Below, one piece after another: positions 26,909 through 36,995 of a stretch of DNA of 64,000 nucleotides; position 1 is the first letter of the stretch, and every line of letters starts with the position of its first letter. The position numbers and the translations under genes are program-made. The DNA lies in assembly GCA_045124055.1 (NCBI GenBank), contig JBGVKZ010000009.1, forward strand, positions 5,049-69,048, given 5' to 3'. The stretch is from Lachnospiraceae bacterium. GTDB taxonomy: Bacteria > Bacillota > Clostridia > Lachnospirales > Lachnospiraceae. The notes below the pieces were generated by a model. It saw only the letters and a list, made by a program, of their open reading frames with translations, was not told where the DNA came from and did no database searches.

Positions 26909-29269
26909 TTATTTTATCCTTTTCATTATTTTTCCGATACCCTTAAAAAAGTGCCCATTGGCAATCTCTAAAAGGCCTTCTACCAGATAATTTTTCATAC
27001 CGCTATTTATTTTCATTCCGCTTAAGGAACAATCTGCCGCCATAAGCACCATCATCTTAAAAGAAGGATTGTTATAGTCCTTTTTACCACCGAATTTTTT
27101 TGCCATCATAGATTCGATAATGGCAAATACAATTTTCATAATAAAGGAATCATCTTTCATCTCTATTACCGTGTTTTGCATCGTAAATTGACCTTTTTTG
27201 ACTACTATTGGTTCTATTTTTCTCCCAATAAGTGTTTCGAAATCCTCTTGACTAGGTCGGTCATTTAAGGTTTTATACCAATCTGGAATTTCTTCATAAG
27301 TCACTTTTTCTCCCTCTTTCTCCACATAGGTCCGAAGAAGCATCTGGTCACAATTTTTCCCAATGCAAATAGCATATTGGCCTTCTGGTACTACCCAACC
27401 ATTGTGCCATATTGCAAAGCTTCTTTCATCTAAAACAAAAGAAACCTCTTTCATTTCACCTGGCCCAAGCTCTACTTTGGTAAAGGCTTTCAGTTCTCTC
27501 TTAGCTCTATATACATTTTTTTGCAAAGGCTCTATGTATAGTTGAAGTACCTCTTTTCCTGTCCTCTTACCTACATTGGTTACTTTACAGCTGACTTTAT
27601 CACCCTCTACTTTTAAATCCGAATAAGCAAATTCTGTGTAGGACAACCCATAGCCAAAAGGAAATTGCATTAAAACATTGGAAGATAAGTAGTATCGATA
27701 TCCGACATAAATTCCTTCTCGATACATTGCATCCTTTTGACCATAATAGTCACTTGTGATGCAATCTTCATATTTGATTGGCCAAGTCTCTGCCAGACGA
27801 CCGGAAGGATTGGCTTTGCCAAATAAAAGGTCACAGGTAGCTTCTCCGCCTGCTTCTCCTGGTAAACCCATATATAAAATCGCTTTTACTTTTTCTATAA
27901 AGGGTACTTCCATAACGCTTCCTGAATATAATACTACAATAAGATTTTTCTGAACATTGGCTATGGCATCTATCAGGCGAAGTTGTCCTTCGGGAAGTCG
28001 CATATGCTCTCTTTCATAACCTTCGGATTCATAGGCTGATGGTAGTCCTGCAAAAACAACCACGTTTTTAGCATTCCTAGATAGCTCTACGGCCTCCTTA
28101 ATCAAAACTTCATCCGTATTTCCAACTTCATCATAGCCGATTGCATAAGGAATCTTTGGGCAAACCGTTGTTACAGACGTCTTCTTCCAAGGATTAATAT
28201 GACTACTTCCTGTACCCTGATAACGAATTTCTTTTGCCATAAATCCAATAAAAACCGTATCCTTTTTTGTAATTGGTAAAATATGGTCTTGGTTTTTTAA
28301 AAGTACTGCACTCTCTATCGCTATTTTTTTAGCTAATTGGTAGTGTTCTTCCAACACTTTTTCCTTTTCTTCCTTGGTTGGTAAAATAAAATCTTGGAAA
28401 GTTTTCTGCTTTTTTTGTACTAAATCTAAAATACGTAAGACGGATTTATCTATATCTGTTTCCAGTAATGTTCCAGTTTTCACAGCCTCTACGGTTTCCT
28501 TTTCCATATAGGCTGACCCCCCTGGCATACTTAAATCACAACCGGCTTTGAAACTTTCTATTTTACTGTTCATAGCACCCCAGTCCGTGACTACTACACC
28601 TTGAAAGCCCCATTCCTCACGCAATACATCAGTCAGAAGCCACTTATTTTCCGAACAGTATGTTCCATTTATTTTGTTGTATGCACACATAACTGTGTCT
28701 GGTTTTGCTTCCTTTATCACCCGTTCAAAAGGGGCCAGATATATTTCTCTTATGGTTCTTTCGTCAGCAATACTGTCTGAAGAAAATCTTTTGTATTCTT
28801 GATTATTGAGGGCAAAATGTTTTACACTTGTACCAATACCATTTTTTTGAACACCTCTTACAAACGAAGCTCCCAATTTTCCAGCTAAATAGGGGTCTTC
28901 TGAAAAATACTCAAAGTTTCTACCACAGAGAGCATTTCTTTTTACATTGACTCCCGGTCCTAAAATAACGCTGACTTCATTATTTTTTGCTTCCTTGCCA
29001 AGAGCCTCACCCATTTGCTCTAATAGATTTTCGTCAAAACTACAAGCAGTGGAAACAGCCGTTGGAAAGCTGGTCGCCAGAACAGACTCATTTAGTCCTA
29101 GCATATCCGCTGTATTTTCCTGTTTTCTGAGCCCATGTGGGCCATCTGCTACCATAATCGGCTGAAGATTTGCTGCCGCAACTTTCTTGGTATGCCAAAA
29201 GTCTTCCCCGCTACAAAAAGCAACTTTTTCTTCTAAGGTCATTTTCTTTAAGATTTCTTCCTTGGTCAT
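26909..29269 (-). CDS. glycoside hydrolase family 3 beta-glucosidase
   Basis: DGPHGLR, KHFALNNQE and GVVVTDWGA (nucleophile Asp). C-terminal fibronectin-like domain. 786 aa. Confidence 0.9.
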   Translation of the reverse strand: MTKEEILKKMTLEEKVAFCSGEDFWHTKKVAAANLQPIMVADGPHGLRKQENTADMLGLNESVLATSFPTAVSTACSFDENLLEQMGEALGKEAKNNEVSVILGPGVNVKRNALCGRNFEYFSEDPYLAGKLGASFVRGVQKNGIGTSVKHFALNNQEYKRFSSDSIADERTIREIYLAPFERVIKEAKPDTVMCAYNKINGTYCSENKWLLTDVLREEWGFQGVVVTDWGAMNSKIESFKAGCDLSMPGGSAYMEKETVEAVKTGTLLETDIDKSVLRILDLVQKKQKTFQDFILPTKEEKEKVLEEHYQLAKKIAIESAVLLKNQDHILPITKKDTVFIGFMAKEIRYQGTGSSHINPWKKTSVTTVCPKIPYAIGYDEVGNTDEVLIKEAVELSRNAKNVVVFAGLPSAYESEGYEREHMRLPEGQLRLIDAIANVQKNLIVVLYSGSVMEVPFIEKVKAILYMGLPGEAGGEATCDLLFGKANPSGRLAETWPIKYEDCITSDYYGQKDAMYREGIYVGYRYYLSSNVLMQFPFGYGLSYTEFAYSDLKVEGDKVSCKVTNVGKRTGKEVLQLYIEPLQKNVYRAKRELKAFTKVELGPGEMKEVSFVLDERSFAIWHNGWVVPEGQYAICIGKNCDQMLLRTYVEKEGEKVTYEEIPDWYKTLNDRPSQEDFETLIGRKIEPIVVKKGQFTMQNTVIEMKDDSFIMKIVFAIIESMMAKKFGGKKDYNNPSFKMMVLMAADCSLSGMKINSGMKNYLVEGLLEIANGHFFKGIGKIMKRIK

Positions 29270-29337
29270 ATGGGTGTCCTCTCGTATACTTTTTTATCAG
29301 TTTCTCTTATATTATAATATTATAAGATAAGTTCATT

Positions 29338-29808
29338 TTAAAGAAAACCCATCATTTGACCAATCCAGATAATCAATCCAAGAATCCAGCTTGTCACAAT
29401 ACCATATAAAATAACCGGACCTGCAATGGTGAAAATTTTACTCCCTATACCAAATACCTGTCCCTCTCTTTTGTACTCGATTGCGGCACTGGAAACGCTG
29501 TTGGCAAAACCAGTGATTGGTACTAAAGCTCCTGCTCCGCCAAATTTTACAATCGGACCATACCAGTTAAGACCGGTAAACAATACCGATAAAAATACAA
29601 GGATAACAGAACACCAAGTACTTGCAATTTCTTTTTCTAAACCAAATTGATTTATACCAATTTGAATAATTCCCTGGCCTAATGCACAGATAAGTCCGCC
29701 AACTAAAAATGCCTTTGCCATCTGTAACCAGAGATTTTTTTTGGGAGTTATCTGCTCCACATAATCCTGATACTCTTTTTCCTTTTCTTTATTTAATTTA
29801 CTATCCAT
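29338..29808 (-). CDS. spoVAC: stage V sporulation protein AC
   Basis: AFLVGGLICALGQ...FGGAGALVPITGFANS is typical of SpoVAC. Confidence 0.88.
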   Translation of the reverse strand: MDSKLNKEKEKEYQDYVEQITPKKNLWLQMAKAFLVGGLICALGQGIIQIGINQFGLEKEIASTWCSVILVFLSVLFTGLNWYGPIVKFGGAGALVPITGFANSVSSAAIEYKREGQVFGIGSKIFTIAGPVILYGIVTSWILGLIIWIGQMMGFL

Positions 29809-29826
29809 ACTTGTCCCCTTTTCTTT

Positions 29827-30273
29827 TTATTTCCCAAATCCTGCCATAAAATAGTATAAACTTCCTGCAAATTTACCAAAAGCCATACTGGTTATGGCAA
29901 GTCCAAGTCCGTGCCTATATCCAATTCTTCTTGAGAAAATTGGAATTGTGTTTAACATTTCTCCAATCGCCAAAGCAAGACACCCCACAAATACTCCGGC
30001 AAATACACCACTGACTAAAAGACACACAGTCTGAATTTGACCGGATAAAAAACGATATATATCCAATTTTTCATAAAAAATACTGAAAATACCACCGGCC
30101 AACGTACCCCAAATAACACTTTCTTCATACCAGATGACTTTATTGCCTGTGTGAGTTTTACCTGCAAATCTTGGAATCAAACCGATAACAAAGAGCACCG
30201 TAAACATACCACAGGATACCAATAAGCCGGAAGCAAGGCCTGTTAAAAGTAAAAAAACTATTTTAATCCACAT
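29827..30273 (-). CDS. spoVAB: stage V sporulation protein AB
   Basis: GLIPRFAGKTHT...IGEMLNTIPIFSRRIG...GKFAGSLYYF resembles B. subtilis SpoVAB. The start is set at the ATG at 30273 (MWIKIVF), overlapping the spoVAA stop. The track ORF extends to 30348. Confidence 0.72.
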   Translation of the reverse strand: MWIKIVFLLLTGLASGLLVSCGMFTVLFVIGLIPRFAGKTHTGNKVIWYEESVIWGTLAGGIFSIFYEKLDIYRFLSGQIQTVCLLVSGVFAGVFVGCLALAIGEMLNTIPIFSRRIGYRHGLGLAITSMAFGKFAGSLYYFMAGFGK

Positions 30274-30916
30274 CGATTTCTTTTCCTTCTCTCTCCGCAG
30301 TGGCAATAAGTGCTCGATTGACTTCATCTTCATAAATTCGCATTTCAACTTCGATTGGCGTAGGGTCTTTTGTCAGCCTTCTTCCACCAATGTGATTAAA
30401 GAAAATGCACATTCCAGCCACAAGTCCTACGGTATAAGATAATTCCAGTGCTGTTATGCCATTGGAAGAAGTTCCGGTTATATTTTCATAGTATTTGGAA
30501 AACACTCCTGTAATATCAATATCATTATGAAATGCCATAATCGTGAAGGCAGTTCCAAAAAAGCAGACAAAACATACCAATGCAACTTTTATCCACACCC
30601 AAATTCCTTTGTACTTAGTAACCTTTACTAGTTCTACGACCATATCCTGTTCGCCTAAGTTAATCACTGTGTAATTTGGATACTTTTCCTGAATCATTTT
30701 TACAATTTCCATAACACTGATAATCACTCGGGCAGGTCTTGTAGCACTGCCTTTCTTCTCCAAAAAATCCTTTGGAAATTTATAAATATGCATTGCCCGA
30801 ATAAAACTTTGTGCACTGGTATCTGTGCAAAAAACGGTTCCTAAATCAGACACCATCACATCAGGTTTCATAACCTGTGTCTTTTGTTCCATTTTGATGT
30901 AAACAGTTGCCGGCAT
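30263..30916 (-). CDS. spoVAA: stage V sporulation protein AA
   Basis: Soluble N-terminal domain plus a C-terminal TM region, positioned directly upstream of spoVAB-spoVAC. The start is at the ATG at 30916, with GGAGGG 4 nt upstream. Confidence 0.7.
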   Translation of the reverse strand: MPATVYIKMEQKTQVMKPDVMVSDLGTVFCTDTSAQSFIRAMHIYKFPKDFLEKKGSATRPARVIISVMEIVKMIQEKYPNYTVINLGEQDMVVELVKVTKYKGIWVWIKVALVCFVCFFGTAFTIMAFHNDIDITGVFSKYYENITGTSSNGITALELSYTVGLVAGMCIFFNHIGGRRLTKDPTPIEVEMRIYEDEVNRALIATAEREGKEIDVD

Positions 30917-30972
30917 TTTTCCCTCCATTTTTCAAAAGATTCTATTCCTATTTTTTACGATAAAGGAAAAAT

Positions 30973-31827
30973 TTATTCATTTCTCATTTTTAATACCTTT
31001 TCCGGACTAATTCCATACACCTGAACTATTTCCAAAGTATCTGATTTCAAAAAATCCTTCGGTTTTATAATAAAACCTCTGTTTTCATCTATATCCAATC
31101 CACTCACATAATAGGCATACCAGACAAGATGAGCACACTGCGTATACTGAGGTGTCGTATCCGAAAGGGGTCTAATATCTTTCATAAGACTATACTTTAA
31201 CCCAACAAGATTTTCTTTTGCATAGCTTGTAGCCTCATAAACTGGATTTTTTTCACCCCGTCCTTTAAAATCTTGTATTACCTCATCTTTCACTCTTAAT
31301 ACCACAAAAGAGTTCATTTTCTCCCATTTTTCTACATTTCCAATGCAACTTCCTGCCCGGTAGCTTTTAGCTTCCAGAATCTCTCCCTTCTCCCCATCTA
31401 CTACAATTGCGGCATGTCCGTGAGGATAATAGCAAAACCGTTGGGATAGAGAAACCAGAATATCTCCGTCCTCTAAAGGCAAAATTTGTACTGGTTCTAT
31501 GCCAGAAAAAAGCTGTTCCTGATAAATGTGAAGTTTTTCTACAAATTCTGCCAAACTACCACATTCTTCCCGCAGATTATTGATTCCTACGCTGGTAAGA
31601 CCAGTTTGTAAATAGAGAAAATTTTCCGCATTTTTGCTTATCTTTCCAGTATATATTTTTTGCATATCCAAATAGTTTTCCAAAACCATTTTTTCATAAG
31701 AGGGGTACTCTGGCAGACTATCGCTACTTCCGTAATAGTCCAATATTTTTATGAAAATAAATAGAATAATTAGACAAATTATGACCCGAAAAAAAACGGG
31801 TTTTTTAAGTCTCTTTGTATTTTTCAT
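30973..31827 (-). CDS. membrane-anchored permuted papain-like (YiiX/NlpC-P60 superfamily) protein
   Basis: N-terminal TM helix. The His comes before the Cys (HGHAAIVV ... TQCAHLVWYAY), as in permuted YiiX-type amidases. Confidence 0.55.
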   Translation of the reverse strand: MKNTKRLKKPVFFRVIICLIILFIFIKILDYYGSSDSLPEYPSYEKMVLENYLDMQKIYTGKISKNAENFLYLQTGLTSVGINNLREECGSLAEFVEKLHIYQEQLFSGIEPVQILPLEDGDILVSLSQRFCYYPHGHAAIVVDGEKGEILEAKSYRAGSCIGNVEKWEKMNSFVVLRVKDEVIQDFKGRGEKNPVYEATSYAKENLVGLKYSLMKDIRPLSDTTPQYTQCAHLVWYAYYVSGLDIDENRGFIIKPKDFLKSDTLEIVQVYGISPEKVLKMRNE

Positions 31828-31907
31828 GTGCGATTAGTATTCCTTTATTGACTAAGTCTTTATTACTATGTTTTAATGAATTTATATACAGATGAGGAGG
31901 TATTAAT

Positions 31908-32507
31908 ATGATACATATAATTACGCCCTTTCTTGTGGCAATTCTGATAGGATATTGTTTTGGTTGTTTTAACCTCGCCTATATCATCTCAAAAGTCAAA
32001 AAAGTGGACTTACAAAATACAGGGTCGAAGAATTTAGGAGCTTCTAACACTTTTATTTCCGTTGGAAAAGGCTTTGGCGTTTTAGTCGGTGCTTGTGATA
32101 TTTTTAAATGCACTCTAGCAATCTTATTGGTGGGATTTATTTTCCCGGAAATTAATTACTTGCCTTACGTGACAGGCATTACCTGTGTACTGGGACATAT
32201 GTTCCCGTTTTATTTACACTTTAAAGGGGGCAAGGGATTCGCTTCTTTTCTTGGAATGTCTCTTGCAATTCATTGGAAATATTTTATTATCATTGGCATT
32301 TGTATTATACTAATTACACTCATTACGAAATATATTGTTTTGGCAACTATGGCAACAGTTATCAGTTATCCTATTTTCCTATTTTTTAGTACGAGTAACT
32401 GGATTGTCGTTACCATGGTAACTGTTCTTTCAGCCATTATTATTATAAAGCATCACAAAAATCTTATTCGTATTGCCAAAGGAGAAGAATTCAAATTTAA
32501 GATTTGA
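31908..32507 (+). CDS. plsY: glycerol-3-phosphate acyltransferase PlsY
   Basis: GSKNLGASN, HMFPFYLHFKGGKG and about 199 aa with 5-6 TM helices. Confidence 0.9.
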   Translation: MIHIITPFLVAILIGYCFGCFNLAYIISKVKKVDLQNTGSKNLGASNTFISVGKGFGVLVGACDIFKCTLAILLVGFIFPEINYLPYVTGITCVLGHMFPFYLHFKGGKGFASFLGMSLAIHWKYFIIIGICIILITLITKYIVLATMATVISYPIFLFFSTSNWIVVTMVTVLSAIIIIKHHKNLIRIAKGEEFKFKI

Positions 32508-32633
32508 CATAAAAAGAGACATATTGCCTAACGATTTTACATAATCATTAAACAATATGTCTCTCATTGCCAATAATGGAAGCATAATTATTAAGTATAG
32601 TCGCTGTATCCATTTTTTGTTATTGGAAGTATG

Positions 32634-33602
32634 TTATACACACTGTGTAACTCTCTCATAGATATTCCTCAGTTCTTCCTCCGACAGTAAATCTATTGAA
32701 GCCTGCACGAGAGAAAAGGATATTCCATTTCGGAAAAGATTTTCTGCCGTCCGGATAGCTGTCCTACGACTTCCCTGCATCAAGCCTTGTTCTATACCTT
32801 GTTCTATACCCTGTTCTATACCTTCCATACGGCTGTCTTTCATCAAATCCTGTATCGCTTTACACATATTTGTTTTCTCTCCTTCCTGCTTTCCTTTAAA
32901 CAAATTCAATTCTTTTGAATTCGTATAGCTTGCTATCAGTTCAATAGCATCCTCTTCCATCTTGAGAAAATGCTCATCACTACTTACCAGTTTTAGTAGT
33001 GCTTCCTTATCCTCAGAACATTTTATAAAGTCAAACACTTGCTTAACATCCGTTTGAAATACCGAGGTGTCCTCTATCGTTCGAATATTAATGATATTTA
33101 CCGAATAGTCTGATACCATCTCTCTCAATGAATCCGGAATGTTCGAAAAATCAAGCATATCATATAGACACGCCGGTCCTTGCCACTTTTCTTTTCCTGC
33201 ATACAAAATGAATGTTACAACAGGATATAGCTTGTCTGTCTGCCGAAACCCATATAAGAACTCGCCTATCTCCGTTTGTGCGTCTGCATTCTGCATAAGT
33301 AATTTGTTTTTCTTCATTATTTTTGCAATCTGTTTTTCATACCTGCATACATCATAGTGCATAATCCGAAGCGGGAGCCTATAATCAACTGTCTCCTGAT
33401 TTTCCAAACCTACAAGCACAAAATTGACTCCAAATGCCACCTTACGAATCAAATCACGATACTTACCTTTTTCTGTCACATCCAATTCCTGCAAATCATT
33501 TTCATTAACAATCTGTACACCTTTTCCCCCGATACCATTTATGATATCTGCATAGCGTGCATTGTCCTCAAAAAACGTTTTCCATCTCATATCTTTTTTC
33601 AT
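32634..33602 (-). CDS. Rpn/YhgA-like PD-(D/E)XK recombination-promoting nuclease / putative transposase
   Basis: N-terminus WKTFFEDNARYADIING...YRDLIRKV...VLVGLENQETVDYRLPLRIMHY is typical of the family. The C-terminus carries a GIEQGIEQGIEQG repeat. The start is set at the ATG at 33602; the track start at 33635 is a TTG. Confidence 0.8.
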   Translation of the reverse strand: MKKDMRWKTFFEDNARYADIINGIGGKGVQIVNENDLQELDVTEKGKYRDLIRKVAFGVNFVLVGLENQETVDYRLPLRIMHYDVCRYEKQIAKIMKKNKLLMQNADAQTEIGEFLYGFRQTDKLYPVVTFILYAGKEKWQGPACLYDMLDFSNIPDSLREMVSDYSVNIINIRTIEDTSVFQTDVKQVFDFIKCSEDKEALLKLVSSDEHFLKMEEDAIELIASYTNSKELNLFKGKQEGEKTNMCKAIQDLMKDSRMEGIEQGIEQGIEQGLMQGSRRTAIRTAENLFRNGISFSLVQASIDLLSEEELRNIYERVTQCV

Positions 33603-33996
33603 AAGTCGCCTTTCTTTTGTAGGACAACTCTGCAAGAATCATATAATAATGCAAAAAATAAAATAAAATATAAAGTATAATGAAATAATAAGAAATAACT
33701 GCACTGGATAAATTCCCGAACGGGGAGATATCGAAAAATTAGATGCTCAGTGATACATACCGCGGCAGGTCTCAACCAAACATGAATGCTTCCTGCATTC
33801 GAAACGAAACATATAACTCTCACAGAGACATCCATACAGTCATCTGCTTTTTGTTAAAGGTATTATAATACTGCTGAGGAAATATTGCAACTAAAAGTAT
33901 AGATAGTTCCTCAGCGAATCAACTATATTAATTCTCCTTTTGTCATTTACCGGATAGTATGGCTCATCTTCTGCTGTCCATTTTAAACTACTTACA

Positions 33997-34027
33997 GAAA
34001 AAACCTCCTAATCCCAGGAGGTTTTTC
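33997..34027 (-). terminator. rho-independent terminator of the NCS2 permease gene
   Basis: aaacctcct (34001-34009) pairs with aggaggttt (34016-34024). There is a T-run on the minus strand and an A-run on the plus strand. Confidence 0.65.
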
Positions 34028-34051
34028 ATATTATGCATATTCTAATTCTGA

Positions 34052-35467
34052 TTAGTGGGTTACAAAGAACATAATTGTGAACATAATTGCAATAATCCAT
34101 GTGCCAATTTTTATTTCTTTGATTTTGCCCATACCTACTTTAATTACGATATATGAGATAAGACCAAAAGCAATACCGTAGCTGATGTTATAGGTAAATG
34201 GCATAAGTGCCATAGCAAGAAAGGCCGGAACACCAATTTCTACATCTGTCCACTCGATATCTTTTACACAGTTAACCATTAAAATACCTACATAAATAAG
34301 AGCTGTGGCTGTTGCACAAGATGGAATCAACTGAGCAACAGGACTTAAGAACATTGCAATAAAGAACAGGCAAGCTGTTACGATTGCGGAAAGACCTGTT
34401 CTACCGCCTTCTGCAACACCTGAAGAAGATTCTACGAAAGTTGTTACAGTAGATGTACCACAAATTGCACCGGTTGTTGTTGCAACAGCATCTGCAAGCA
34501 TTGCTTTATTCATATTTGGAATATCTCCATTTTCATCCAATAAGTTACCACGTGCACAAGCACCATATAAAGTTCCCATTGTATCGAACATATCTACAAG
34601 ACAAAATGCCAAAGCAGATGTAACAATGACTAAAATAAGATTTGCTGTGCCATTAGAAGCAATATAAGCTGAAAAGTCAAATCCTTCTGTAAATACCTTA
34701 CCAACAGATTCTGTTGCAAATTCTTTGAAAGAATCAATTGGATTGAAAGATAAGCTTGCTGCAAATCCATCATAAAATCCAGGAATTGTAAAACCTAAAA
34801 GATAATATGCAACTGCACTACCTAAAATTCCCCAAAGAATAGCACCTTTTACCTGTCTTTTTGACAGAATAGCAATCGCTAAAAGACCAAAAATAGTTAC
34901 TAAAATTGGCATAATAGATGACCATGTAGCTGAGCCTAAAAGGTTTAATGATACAAGATTTACACAAGTAGAAGCATCATTTACAACAATTCCTGCATTC
35001 TGCAATCCAAGAAATGCGATAAATAAGCCAATACCTGCCGGAATCGCCTTTTTAACGGCTTCCGGGATGGCTTCGAAAATAATTTTACGAAGGCCTGTCA
35101 CAGTTAAAATGATAAAGACAACACCATCAAGTAATACTAAAATCAACGCATTAGCATAAGAAAGTCCAAGTCCAATACATACTGTGTAAACAAAGAATGC
35201 ATTGAGTCCCATACCAGATGCCTGTGCTAATGGAAGATTTGCAAGTAAACCAATAAGCAAAGTTCCGATAACTGCTGAAATAGCTGTTGCAATGTAAATT
35301 GCACCGTAGCTTACGCCAAGTACGTTTGTCCCATCACCAAATGGGTCTGAAAACATTCCGGCATTTACCATAAGAATGTAAGCCATTGCCATAAATGTGG
35401 TAATACCAGCCATAATTTCAGTTTTCACTGTTGAGCCATGTTCTTTGACTTTGAAAAATTTCTCCAT
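34052..35467 (-). CDS. NCS2-family purine (adenine/guanine/hypoxanthine, AzgA-type) permease
   Basis: 471 aa, about 13 TM helices. The N-terminus (FFKVKEHGSTVKTEIMAGITTFMAMAYI) is typical of AzgA/PbuG-type permeases. Confidence 0.9.
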   Translation of the reverse strand: MEKFFKVKEHGSTVKTEIMAGITTFMAMAYILMVNAGMFSDPFGDGTNVLGVSYGAIYIATAISAVIGTLLIGLLANLPLAQASGMGLNAFFVYTVCIGLGLSYANALILVLLDGVVFIILTVTGLRKIIFEAIPEAVKKAIPAGIGLFIAFLGLQNAGIVVNDASTCVNLVSLNLLGSATWSSIMPILVTIFGLLAIAILSKRQVKGAILWGILGSAVAYYLLGFTIPGFYDGFAASLSFNPIDSFKEFATESVGKVFTEGFDFSAYIASNGTANLILVIVTSALAFCLVDMFDTMGTLYGACARGNLLDENGDIPNMNKAMLADAVATTTGAICGTSTVTTFVESSSGVAEGGRTGLSAIVTACLFFIAMFLSPVAQLIPSCATATALIYVGILMVNCVKDIEWTDVEIGVPAFLAMALMPFTYNISYGIAFGLISYIVIKVGMGKIKEIKIGTWIIAIMFTIMFFVTH

Positions 35468-35543
35468 TTTTTCCTCTCCTTATAAGAAATTATGTACAAA
35501 ACATAATTTTATGGTATACTTTTTTGCCTCAAAATGCAACCGG

Positions 35544-36227
35544 TTAATCTTTCTTCTTGTGCATTTTTTGATAAATGAAAACACCTATCAGACTGACAAC
35601 TACAAGCCCGCCTAAAAAAAGAAGTCCTTGCCAATAATTTTCTAATCCCAGTGCATCTCCACCGATAGTAGAAACTAAAATTGCCGGAGTTCTTGCAATT
35701 CCAGTAATCAGTAAATATAACGGAATACTCATATCCGTAAGTCCCACCACATAGGTCAGTAAATCCTTTGGTGTCCCCGGAATAAAAAATACAAGAAAGA
35801 CCAAAATATTTCGTTTCTTCTTATCCTTTAAAATCGAAATACTGTCTAATTTTTCTTTGGAATAAAACAGCTCTGCAAACTTTCTTCCAAACTTTCTAAC
35901 AAAAAGTAACGTAAGTCCGCTTCCTGCCATAATACCTGTTACCGCGATAATTCCACCTGCCACACTTCCAAAAGCATAGCCACAGGCAACTTCCAATAGT
36001 CCTCCAGGAATCAACGCTAAAATAACCTGTATGATAAACATAAACAGCATAACCAAAACGCCAAGTACGTAGTTCTGTTCTACAAAATCACGAAAAATCT
36101 GTGGATTTTCAAAATAGTGATAGGTTGCCCAAATTCCAACACCGGTTAATATACATATACTAACCGAAACAAATAATAATATCCACGCCGCCTTACCTTT
36201 TGGTAAATTTTCTTTTAAAAATTTCAT
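35544..36227 (-). CDS. TVP38/TMEM64 (DedA-related) membrane protein
   Basis: LIPGGLLEVACGYAFG and FIPGTPKDLLTYVVGLT motifs. Confidence 0.85.
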   Translation of the reverse strand: MKFLKENLPKGKAAWILLFVSVSICILTGVGIWATYHYFENPQIFRDFVEQNYVLGVLVMLFMFIIQVILALIPGGLLEVACGYAFGSVAGGIIAVTGIMAGSGLTLLFVRKFGRKFAELFYSKEKLDSISILKDKKKRNILVFLVFFIPGTPKDLLTYVVGLTDMSIPLYLLITGIARTPAILVSTIGGDALGLENYWQGLLFLGGLVVVSLIGVFIYQKMHKKKD

Positions 36228-36295
36228 GCTTTTCTCCTAAAATGCATCTTTTAAACTTCTTCTGTATTATTTTTTGACCAAAATCATACTCATTA

Positions 36296-36330
36296 TACAA
36301 AAAGCATTGTGTTTCCACAATGCTTTTTCC
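36296..36330 (-). terminator. rho-independent terminator of the CarD-like gene
   Basis: aaagcattgtg (36301-36311) pairs with cacaatgcttt (36316-36326). There is a T-run on the minus strand. Confidence 0.6.
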
Positions 36331-36355
36331 TCGTTTTTAAAAAATCCTTAATATT

Positions 36356-36880
36356 CTATTGTGCCGCAACTTCTTCACTTTTCTCTACGTGGCTGGTAAT
36401 ATATTCGATAACTTCTTCCTTTGGCATCTCTAAGGCAAGTGCCAGTTCTTCATATAACCTTTCTTCTGCCATATGCAAATATTTTCCATCACTTACAGTT
36501 ACTTTCTTGCCTTCCGCAATTCTGGACATTTTTCGTAAATATAAAGTTTTAATAATCTTAATCCACTCTTTGGGGTCACAAGTTCTGAGTGCAGTTTTAT
36601 AAATGTCTTCACGCCTTTTTTCGTCTGCTACCCATAATAATTCAATGGAAGGAATTTCTTCCACTAATGCACTGGCTTCTTCTTTTGTTAATACAGAACG
36701 AATTACCACTTTATCGTTATCTACCGGTATAAACACCTTGCTTCCCTTGGAATACAAGGGTGATAATGTATAGTACAACTTTTCTTTGCTACTCATACCG
36801 GACATCTGCATCGGACCTACTGCTTCTACTTTGCATACGCCTGTTGTTCCATACACAATATAATCACCTACTGAAAACAT
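36356..36880 (-). CDS. CarD/CdnL-family transcriptional regulator
   Basis: N-terminal Tudor-like FSVGDYIVYGTTGVCKVEAV, and 174 aa in length. Confidence 0.85.
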   Translation of the reverse strand: MFSVGDYIVYGTTGVCKVEAVGPMQMSGMSSKEKLYYTLSPLYSKGSKVFIPVDNDKVVIRSVLTKEEASALVEEIPSIELLWVADEKRREDIYKTALRTCDPKEWIKIIKTLYLRKMSRIAEGKKVTVSDGKYLHMAEERLYEELALALEMPKEEVIEYITSHVEKSEEVAAQ

Positions 36881-36995
36881 AACATTACTCCCTTTCTTAT
36901 CCTACTAACATTTTAGCAAAAAAAATTTTTCTTCGTAAGCATTTTTTTGGATTATAGGAGCATTTTCCCTGTATTTTCCGGTATTCTATGGAATT

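Noticed and set aside
33599-33835. 78-aa minus-strand ORF ending in an ATGA overlap with the rpn start
   Set aside because: The ATGA overlap looked like translational coupling. However, the C-terminal half is translated from an obviously non-coding AT-rich promoter-like tract, and the sequence is Cys- and Phe-rich with no resemblance to any family.
35468-35543. Looked for a purine riboswitch upstream of the NCS2 purine permease
   Set aside because: The spacer is only about 76 nt. Read on the minus strand, it lacks the conserved purine-riboswitch junction and loop sequences, showing only a small AT hairpin.
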